From Candidatus Uhrbacteria bacterium (GTDB taxonomy: Bacteria; Patescibacteriota; Patescibacteriia; UBA9934): DNA of 36,869 bases. A program made the position numbers and the translations under genes. Positions 27,314 through 33,256 of this stretch are shown here, in pieces. The stretch is from assembly GCA_023246145.1 (NCBI GenBank), contig JAHFIZ010000001.1, forward strand, positions 1 through 36,869. Direction: 5' to 3'. A model generated the notes under the pieces. The model ran no database searches, was not told the DNA's origin, and saw only the letters and a list, made by a program, of their open reading frames with translations. The first letter of the stretch is position 1. Each line of letters opens with the position of its first letter.

Positions 27314-27447
27314 CAGATTTACGCAGATCTCAAACGGTTAGGCAGATTAAACGCAGATTCAAAAAGCGAGTCCTGAATGGGCTCGTTTTTTGTTCTCTTC
27401 CCATCTGCGTAAAATCTGCCGTATGATTCATATCTGCGTAAATCTAT
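27314..27447. repeat. 134-bp element: two ~47-nt inverted arms with three ACGCAGAT-type boxes each, flanking the rpoC terminator
   Basis: Left-arm boxes are at 27321-27328 (ACGCAGAT), 27340-27347 (AGGCAGAT) and 27351-27358 (ACGCAGAT). Right-arm boxes are at 27403-27410 (ATCTGCGT), 27414-27421 (ATCTGCCG) and 27432-27439 (ATCTGCGT). The outer 14 nt, AGATTTACGCAGAT, is an exact inverted repeat. Confidence 0.55.
27366..27391 (+). terminator. Rho-independent terminator after rpoC
   Basis: CGAGTCC-TGAAT-GGGCTCG is followed by TTTTTT. Confidence 0.6.
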
Positions 27448-27451
27448 TTTC

Positions 27452-27931
27452 ATGAAAAAGCCAGCGCGCATCTTGGGCTTTGATCCGGGCTATGGACGCC
27501 TGGGTTTTGGCGTGATTGATGTGATTAAGGGCAAATCGTCCGCAGTGGCGTTTGGTGTGATTACCACCAAAGCCGGCACGCCGAGCCTGGATAGACTTAA
27601 AGAAATAGCGGCGGATGTTCGGGCCCTCATCAAGACTCATAAACCTGATGCCATGGGCATAGAGGAACTCTTTTTTGGGAAAAATGTGACTACGGCCATA
27701 AAAGTAGCTGAAGTACGGGGCGTCTTGCTTCTTTTGGCAGCTGAGAATGATCTTCCCGTAACGGAGTTAAAGCCGGTTGAGGTAAAGATGGCCTTAACGG
27801 GTTATGGCAAGGCAGATAAGAAGCAGATGCAGCAGATGGTAAAGACCGTTTTTGGTCTCACGAGCATCCCCAAACCTGATGACGCGGCAGATGCTTTAGC
27901 TATTGCTTGGGCAGCTTCTACAATGCGCTAA
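27452..27931 (+). CDS. ruvC: Holliday junction resolvase RuvC
   Basis: ILGFDPGYGRLGFGVI carries the catalytic Asp. IEELFFGKNVTTAIKVAEVRGV, ELKPVEVKMALTGYGKADKKQM and PDDAADALAIAW are also RuvC-like. Confidence 0.9.
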   Translation: MKKPARILGFDPGYGRLGFGVIDVIKGKSSAVAFGVITTKAGTPSLDRLKEIAADVRALIKTHKPDAMGIEELFFGKNVTTAIKVAEVRGVLLLLAAENDLPVTELKPVEVKMALTGYGKADKKQMQQMVKTVFGLTSIPKPDDAADALAIAWAASTMR

Positions 27932-27958
27932 TATTAGCCACATAACAGCCTTTTTACA

Positions 27959-27987
27959 TTGACAAAGGGTCGTTTTTGTGCTATTAT
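27959..27987 (+). promoter_or_regulatory. Near-consensus sigma70 promoter
   Basis: The site reads TTGACA (27959-27964)-17 nt-TATTAT (27982-27987). Confidence 0.6.
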
Positions 27988-27992
27988 ACGCA

Positions 27993-28097
27993 GTTACGTA
28001 AAAGGCTAGGAACAAAGCCTTTGGGGTACGTAACAATGATCCCGCGATCCCCAAGTACCCTTATACGGTAATGGAAATCGCGGGATTATCTGTTTCT
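27993..28097 (+). ncRNA. Structured RNA or 5' leader of unknown class
   Basis: The RNA starts at the predicted TSS. P1 is GTTACGTA (27993-28000)/TACGTAAC (28027-28034) and encloses AAAGGCT/AGCCTTT. The second stem is ATCCCGCGAT (28039-28048)/ATCGCGGGAT (28077-28086). Its loop (CCCCAAGTACCC) is complementary to TTGGGGTAC at 28021-28029, so a pseudoknot or alternative fold is possible. TGTTTCT follows. Confidence 0.35.
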
Positions 28098-28116
28098 GGC
28101 CACTGCGGCTAGAACT

Positions 28117-28164
28117 GCCCCCCAGTCTTCATCACTTTCCCCAAAGTGGTGATGACCGAGGGGC
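28117..28164 (+). repeat. Hairpin repeat copy 1
   Basis: GCCCCCCAGTCTTCATCAC-loop TTTCCCCAAA-GTGGTGATGACCGAGGGGC has 19 stem positions: 15 Watson-Crick pairs, 1 G-U and 3 mismatches (hand-paired). Confidence 0.6.
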
Positions 28165-28220
28165 AGAAATGCCACCAAGTTCACCACTGGGCCTTCGCGC
28201 CCGCAACTCTGGAGAACGCT

Positions 28221-28826
28221 ATGCGTTCTTTGACCGTGCTATTCGCTCTGACCCTCACTGCCTGTGGGGGAGAAGAGCAGGAAGTCGTCGCGGAACCCGT
28301 CGTCACCCTCGCGTCGGTCATTCAGGCCAACCTCGAGAAGTACAAGACGGCTTCCGAGGCGGAAAAGGATAAGTACGTCGAGCACGTTCGTCTTCATCCT
28401 GAGATGGAGGAAGAAGAGCAGCGTGATCACCTCCTTTGTCACCCCATGACGATCGAGGTTACCGTGGATTCCGATGTCACGAATGGGTGGACGTTGTTCA
28501 CTCATCCGGACGGCATCGGCTTCCCTCGCGCACATCCGATCGAATCCGCGGAGGCTGAGCCTGGCGTTTATACGCTCTCGCAGACCTACGCGGTCCACGT
28601 CGCCGGAGAGCGGATCGAGGTTCTGGCGGATGCCTACGCCACGAACGGCTCTCACTACACCTTTCCGCTTATCGACCCTCGCGTCGTGCCGAGCGGCGAG
28701 CGTGACCAGATCACGCAGATCAAGCTGGACGGCAAGGTGGCCGAGATCGGGGAGCAGGGCAAAGCGCCTTGTTTCTACTGGCTCGATTACGACCGGTACA
28801 AGCTCATCTGCCTCGCTCCAAAATGA
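28221..28826 (+). CDS. Lipoprotein of unknown function
   Basis: MRSLTVLFALTLTAC/GGEEQ is a signal peptide plus lipobox. A GGAGAA SD lies 5 nt upstream of the ATG at 28221. The ORF-track start at 28146 lies inside hairpin repeat copy 1. Codons are G/C-ending. Confidence 0.6.
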   Translation: MRSLTVLFALTLTACGGEEQEVVAEPVVTLASVIQANLEKYKTASEAEKDKYVEHVRLHPEMEEEEQRDHLLCHPMTIEVTVDSDVTNGWTLFTHPDGIGFPRAHPIESAEAEPGVYTLSQTYAVHVAGERIEVLADAYATNGSHYTFPLIDPRVVPSGERDQITQIKLDGKVAEIGEQGKAPCFYWLDYDRYKLICLAPK

Positions 28827-28834
28827 ATCGTCCG

Positions 28835-28855
28835 CGTGATGATTACGTCGTCACG
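28835..28855 (+). repeat. Possible minimal inverted copy of the hairpin-repeat core
   Basis: CGTGATGA-TTACG-TCGTCACG is an 8-bp hairpin. Its arms are the complement of the conserved inner stem (TCATCAC / GTGACGA) of the three larger copies. Confidence 0.3.
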
Positions 28856-28879
28856 CCGGCCCCATGGAACGTTTCGTGG

Positions 28880-28942
28880 GTCCCTCAGTCCTCATCATCT
28901 TTCAGCTTTCCCCAAGGCTCAGGATGGTGACGACCGAGGGGC
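28880..28942 (+). repeat. Hairpin repeat copy 2
   Basis: GTCCCTCAGTCCTCATCATC-loop (contains TTTCCCCAA)-GATGGTGACGACCGAGGGGC has 20 stem positions. Its 2 mismatches fall at the same relative positions as in copy 1. Confidence 0.6.
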
Positions 28943-28959
28943 AAAAGAATGTTTGGCCC

Positions 28960-29018
28960 GCCCACTAGTCCTCATCATCTTCCAGGTCCATGCCTCTGGA
29001 TGGTGACGACTAGTGGGC
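28960..29018 (+). repeat. Hairpin repeat copy 3 (terminator-like)
   Basis: GCCCACTAGTCCTCATCATC-loop-GATGGTGACGACTAGTGGGC has an outer stem changed on both arms relative to copy 2 (compensatory). It is followed by ATTTATTTTTCT. Confidence 0.6.
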
Positions 29019-29061
29019 ATTTATTTTTCTGCCATAGTTGCCATAAATGGCAGCATACGGC

Positions 29062-29091
29062 TTGACAAATCCTTTATTTCGTACCTATAAT
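29062..29091 (+). promoter_or_regulatory. Near-consensus sigma70 promoter with upstream palindrome
   Basis: The site reads TTGACA (29062-29067)-18 nt-TATAAT (29086-29091). The perfect palindrome TGCCAT-AA-ATGGCA (29039-29052) lies just upstream, with an extra GCCATA half-site at 29031-29036. Confidence 0.6.
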
Positions 29092-29136
29092 CGGCTGTTC
29101 ATCCACGGTGGGTGAACGTTCCAAGAGAGGTGACTC

Positions 29137-29517
29137 ATGACGTCCGCCGACTGGGCATATATCTTCGCACTTCTCATTGTAATTGTGCCGCCGTGCGTCT
29201 ATGTGACGTGGCAGCATGGCTTCTTCCCCTCGGAAACCTCGAGCCCGAAGAGGTACAGCGATTTTGTGATGGGCACCACAATTCTGCCCGGGCTTGGCCT
29301 TTTCGCGGTGTTCATCCGCGGCATCGCAGAGCCAAATGCGAGCACGTTCTTTCGACTGCTCTCGTGTGTCGCATTCCTCGCCCTCGTAATCGTGATTTTC
29401 TTTGTCGGCCCCATGGCCGCACGAACGGTGGAGCAGCGCCGTGAGATCGAGCGGCAAATAACTGAAGACAAGGAGAAGACCGAGCCGCCAAAAGACGGCA
29501 CCGCACCCCGCGCATAG
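29137..29517 (+). CDS. Small integral membrane protein (3 predicted TM helices), unknown function
   Basis: An AGAGAGG SD precedes the ATG at 29137. The hydrophobic segments are WAYIFALLIVIVPPCVYVTW, FVMGTTILPGLGLFAVFIRGI and FFRLLSCVAFLALVIVIFFVGPMA, followed by a charged tail. The opposite-strand ORFs are judged spurious. Confidence 0.55.
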   Translation: MTSADWAYIFALLIVIVPPCVYVTWQHGFFPSETSSPKRYSDFVMGTTILPGLGLFAVFIRGIAEPNASTFFRLLSCVAFLALVIVIFFVGPMAARTVEQRREIERQITEDKEKTEPPKDGTAPRA

Positions 29518-29526
29518 CGCTAGAAG

Positions 29527-29565
29527 GACCACCGCGTCCTCGCGCTGTCGCGGGGTCTTTCTTTT
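29527..29565 (+). terminator. Rho-independent terminator after the membrane-protein gene
   Basis: GACC(A)CCGCG ... CGCGGGGTC forms a hairpin followed by TTTCTTTT. Confidence 0.55.
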
Positions 29566-29571
29566 GCAAAC

Positions 29572-29604
29572 AAAAAATCCTCCGCGTGAAGCAGGGGATT
29601 TTTT
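29572..29604. terminator. Bidirectional terminator abutting the 3' end of the tmRNA-like gene
   Basis: AAAAAA-TCCTCCGC-GTGAA-GCAGGGGA-TTTTTT. On the minus strand it follows directly after ...GCTCCA. Confidence 0.6.
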
Positions 29605-29852
29605 GGAGCGGGTGGAGGGAGTCGAACCCTCATCATGAGTTTGGAAAAAAATCCAGGGCTAACGAACGGAAATCTACAATCCACCAATGAACACACGGAA
29701 AATCCGCTGATACAGGCGGATTTTTCGTATCCGGCGGCTTTCGTCAACCTTCGTCTCCCGTACCCTCCGATCTCCAGGTTTAGGCTGCATTTGGGCAACC
29801 GGTGGGCAACGCGTCTGCGTTGACGTACCATGCCCCCGAATTGCGACGCACC
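29604..29852 (-). ncRNA. ssrA: tmRNA-like gene segment (ssrA-like); 5' acceptor strand not identified
   Basis: The minus strand ends GAGGG-TTCGACT-CCCTC-CACCCGC-T-CCA, which is a T-arm, a 3' acceptor strand and CCA, followed by a terminator. About 175 nt upstream is a tag-like frame GCA GAC GCG TTG CCC ACC GGT TGC CCA AAT GCA GCC TAA (ADALPTGCPNAA-stop, 29818-29780) in a GCAGCC-TAA-ACCTG context like known tags. I found no GGGG-type 5' strand able to pair with the 3' end. Confidence 0.45.
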
Positions 29853-29860
29853 ACGGACTG

Positions 29861-31504
29861 CTAGAGATGAAAGTCGGCGTAGGGCTGACCGTCGGGTAGG
29901 TTGGCTTGGTCTACCGTCCAGCGATCGCCGCCGAAACGGCGGGGCCACCAGCGCACGAAATACCTACCGCTTCGAAGGTACACGGCACCAAAGGAGTACC
30001 CGAAGGAGTCCCGAGGCTCACTTTCCGGTGGGTGGGTAGCGCCCGCGGAGAACCGCACATAGCGACTTCCATCGCTCGACATGAACGCGCCGGCTCGCTG
30101 GTCATGAACATGGCCGGAGAGGTGGATGACGGGCGATCGCGCGGCAATTTGGGTAGCCGCCCGCTCGTCCCGGAGCCACCCTCCCTCAAACGGATGATGG
30201 GTCAGGAGGATTGTTGGGTGGGAGCCGCCAGCGATACCGCGCGAGAGCACGTTAAGCCGTACCTCGCCCAGGTCGAGCTTGCCGACGTCGTCTTTCCAGC
30301 TGAACAGCGCGGAATTGAGCCCCACTATGTTGAAACGCCGGGCATCATCGGCGATCCGCGACCAAAATAGCTCCCCCGCGCCGAATGCTCCAACGCGTCG
30401 GACAAATTCCGCATAGTGGCGAAATCTCCGATGCAATGCGTCCCGAGACTGTCTCTTCGAAATGATCTGGTCGACGTCGATCCCTTTCAGCCGCGCGGAC
30501 AGGACCATGTACTTGATAAACTCCGTGTTGGCCGTAATGGACCAATCTACATCGTGATTGCCGGGCACGATGTAGATCGACTGCCGCGGGATCTGAAGCA
30601 CCGTATCAGCGAGATTCTCGAGCCAGGCCCTGGCAAGGTCATACTGCTTGAGGTTTCGGTACGGCCCCATGGTGGGCGCGACCCCATTCGAGCCGGAGAA
30701 TGCGACGTCGCCAGTGAAGAAGATCTGCTGCGGAAGTTCGATCTGCAGAGCGCTGTTGTTTAGCGCTTGTTGAATGTCTACCACGACCCCTTCCATCACG
30801 CGTGCTTGGTTCCAAGAGTGCGTCGTTGTCCCATGACCAACGTGCAAGTCTGATAGGTGGACCCAGGAACATACCACCGTATCCGATTTTGGCCGTGCCA
30901 TCGGCGTCTCGAATAGCTCAAGTTGGACGCGCGTCTTGAACGCAGCGGTGAGGACGGTTGGGTTTGTCAGCTCCTTTTCGAGGCGGACGCCGAAAGCATC
31001 CGTCGGAATCGGCGTTACTTGGATGCTGAGTTTCCAACGCTTTCGCGGAACGCTTGGGCTGACGCTTGCAATCGAGTAGAGCGTAAGCTCGCCGACCTCG
31101 GATAGACGGTCGCCGCGGATATTCAGCGTCATGGCGGACTCACCCTCGAACTCCGCCGTCTCGATCAGCGAGTAGTTGTCTACCAGTGCGTGATCGCGGC
31201 AGTAGTGATTGAGCAACCGAATGTCGCCTGTATTTGCCTCCTTTTTGTTTACCTTCACGCGCACGCGCAAGGTCTTTAATCGATTGTGTAGGCCTGGAAT
31301 TCCGAATTTAGACTCATCCGTGAGTGCGATGCGGATCTTGTGCATGAACACATGCGAGTCCCGTCCGTGCTCCGTTGCGCGTTGAATCGTGGCCAGACAG
31401 CGACTTAATCGCGCGTTCACGACGGCGCCGTCTAGCTGGACTGCGGGCGCATAGTCGACCACGTTGAGCGCGAATCCGAAGAATCGTTCGAGCAGCTGTG
31501 GCAT
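29861..31504 (-). CDS. Calcineurin-like metallophosphoesterase with ~205-aa N-terminal domain of unknown function
   Basis: All five MPE motifs occur in order: HLSDLHVGH (D219/H221), FFTGDVAF (GD 265-266), VPGNHD (315-318), LLTHHP (436-437) and LSGHVHD (464-467). I recognise nothing in the N-terminal 205 aa. Confidence 0.7.
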   Translation of the reverse strand: MPQLLERFFGFALNVVDYAPAVQLDGAVVNARLSRCLATIQRATEHGRDSHVFMHKIRIALTDESKFGIPGLHNRLKTLRVRVKVNKKEANTGDIRLLNHYCRDHALVDNYSLIETAEFEGESAMTLNIRGDRLSEVGELTLYSIASVSPSVPRKRWKLSIQVTPIPTDAFGVRLEKELTNPTVLTAAFKTRVQLELFETPMARPKSDTVVCSWVHLSDLHVGHGTTTHSWNQARVMEGVVVDIQQALNNSALQIELPQQIFFTGDVAFSGSNGVAPTMGPYRNLKQYDLARAWLENLADTVLQIPRQSIYIVPGNHDVDWSITANTEFIKYMVLSARLKGIDVDQIISKRQSRDALHRRFRHYAEFVRRVGAFGAGELFWSRIADDARRFNIVGLNSALFSWKDDVGKLDLGEVRLNVLSRGIAGGSHPTILLTHHPFEGGWLRDERAATQIAARSPVIHLSGHVHDQRAGAFMSSDGSRYVRFSAGATHPPESEPRDSFGYSFGAVYLRSGRYFVRWWPRRFGGDRWTVDQANLPDGQPYADFHL

Positions 31505-31841
31505 GGCAGGCTCCGCTGGTTCAGCGGCAGGTTACGTAAGGTGACGCGCGGCCGGGCGCAAGCGAAAAGCGACGGGTCCATGAGAGGACCCGCCGCTCGG
31601 TGTCACCACCCGCGTTCCGTTGCATCAGCGAGGGAACGCGACGAAATGCTATTGTCGCGGGTTTCGGCGGATAATCTGCAGCTTACCGCATGTTGACATC
31701 GCCACGGTACGGCAATCTCAAGGCGACTGTCAACCTTGCGAATAGGCGGTGAATCCCGCGGGGACACGGCTGGCGCGACTTAGCCAAGTCTTGCGAGCAT
31801 GGCACACCGACCTAACCCCTTGAGTGCGTCCCCTTGGAGAA

Positions 31842-33059
31842 TCACGCCCGTTGACGGGTCTCTTCGTGATCTAGCAGGGCGGTGGCTCGCGCGAGGAGCT
31901 CATCGAAGGTGATGATCTCTGGGTTGAGGAGGTTTCGCCGATACAGCTCGAACGACCCGAACTGCGGCTCGTTGATCTCGTTGTCGCGCTCGAACTCGGT
32001 TAGCGACCCGATGACAACGTAGGCTTTCGGTTGAAACATGAACGCCTGGTCGAGGCGATACCCCTCCGCGTGGCGCGGTTCCGAGCGGACCCGAACCATC
32101 GCCTTCTGTACGGTTTTCTGGACTTGAGCGACGCCGCCGGCGAGCTCGGCCGACGGCGCCCAACACTCACCCCGGTAGGCGGGTCGGTGCATGAGTTTCG
32201 TCGTGTGCGTCTTGATCTCGATGAAGCAGAGGCTTTGCACCGTGCCGATCGTCTTCATCAGGGCGTCGACTCGTTTCCCCGCTTCCTCGAAGGTGGCTCC
32301 TGTTGTCACCGCTTCGAGCGACGGCTCGTGGAATTTCGACATGAGCACGAGTCGCAGCGACATCCCGAAAATCCACGGATTAGCCTCGAAAAACTTCTGC
32401 CAAAGCGATTCGTCGCCGCGCAGTTCGAGCCGCACCTTTTCCGCCTCGAAGTAGGCAACATCATCGAGGAGGCGCCGAAAGCGCGTGAGCTGTTCCCGGC
32501 GGTAGGCGAGCGACACGACGTCGCGCTCGGAGAACTCGTGACGGATCAGGTGTTCCGCGACCCCTGGATTCCGGCGCACCCACTCCATTCCGGCCTTCTC
32601 GTCACCGTTGAGGAGATCGACAACGCGGCCGGTCGAGCCCTGACGGGCCGCCTGCGCGACGAGGGCCGAGAAGAGGCTCGAGAGAAGCTCGAACTGCTCG
32701 TCGTTGAGTTCAGCCTCTGCGGGCAAGCGGGAGAGCGCCTGGTTCGCCATGTGCAGCACGCGCGGCACGTAGTCGAGAGCCTGCATGCCAGTGAGCGCCT
32801 CCACCTGCTCGCGCCACTGAGAACCGCGGATCAGGTCCGCGAGTGCGGTCGGGTTGTCGGCCGCGGCGGCGAGCGTCGTGAGTGCGTTTGCGTCGTCAGC
32901 CGCGCCGGCCACGAGCGCCGTCGACCGAAGGTGCCGGGCGCGCCGCAGAAAATCCACACCGAAGACGATGCACGTCGACCCGTCGTCCAAACGATGAAGT
33001 TGCCGCGCGATGCCGGCCCGCTGGGTCAGGAGCAGGGTGATCTGCTCGCCGCGGGCCAC
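31842..33059 (-). CDS. Shedu-like (DUF4263-type) PD-(D/E)xK nuclease
   Basis: The C-terminal core is WQKFFEANPWIFG...GKRVDALM...LCFIEIKTHTTKL...GGVAQVQKTVQK...AYVVIGS. That matches my recollection of the DUF4263/SduA nuclease core (D265, E281, K283). The N-terminal region is variable. The start is GTG, and the frame stays open 159 nt further upstream without a canonical start. Confidence 0.65.
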   Translation of the reverse strand: MARGEQITLLLTQRAGIARQLHRLDDGSTCIVFGVDFLRRARHLRSTALVAGAADDANALTTLAAAADNPTALADLIRGSQWREQVEALTGMQALDYVPRVLHMANQALSRLPAEAELNDEQFELLSSLFSALVAQAARQGSTGRVVDLLNGDEKAGMEWVRRNPGVAEHLIRHEFSERDVVSLAYRREQLTRFRRLLDDVAYFEAEKVRLELRGDESLWQKFFEANPWIFGMSLRLVLMSKFHEPSLEAVTTGATFEEAGKRVDALMKTIGTVQSLCFIEIKTHTTKLMHRPAYRGECWAPSAELAGGVAQVQKTVQKAMVRVRSEPRHAEGYRLDQAFMFQPKAYVVIGSLTEFERDNEINEPQFGSFELYRRNLLNPEIITFDELLARATALLDHEETRQRA

Positions 33060-33256
33060 GCGTGGCGCGAGCTCCCGATCGAGCGAACGAAAGCCTGGGA
33101 AGCTCGTCTTGCGAAAGTCGCCCCCGCCGTCGTTCCACCAAAAATCATGGTAGACCTTGACTCCCGGCCTGGGGTGCGAACGGCACGGACCCCACGCTCG
33201 GAACGAACCTAGCGCGTGTCACACCGCGCGCTGGCCAGCAGGCCGACAACTGCACG

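Noticed and set aside
28117-29018. CRISPR array interpretation of the hairpin repeats
   Set aside because: There are only three copies, with irregular spacing (about 715 nt, then 17 nt). The repeats are long imperfect palindromes with variable outer stems, and no cas genes are present.
28117-29018. Integron attC interpretation of the hairpin repeats flanking a cassette-like gene
   Set aside because: Conserved unpaired positions are reminiscent of attC. However, the R''/R' core sites (RYYYAAC / GTTRRRY) are absent, the gene has its own promoter, and no intI is visible.
29074-29948. Minus- and plus-strand ORFs overlapping the small membrane-protein gene and the tmRNA-like segment (29074..29532, 29312..29569, 29520..29948, 29635..29823)
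   Set aside because: They cross terminators and the structured RNA segment, are Arg-rich, and have no SD. The plus-strand 29137..29517 ORF has a promoter, an SD and TM helices.
32031-33212. 393-aa plus-strand ORF (and others) antisense to the Shedu-like gene
   Set aside because: It is an Arg/Pro/Gly-rich shadow ORF in G+C-rich DNA. The minus-strand frame carries a clear nuclease core motif.
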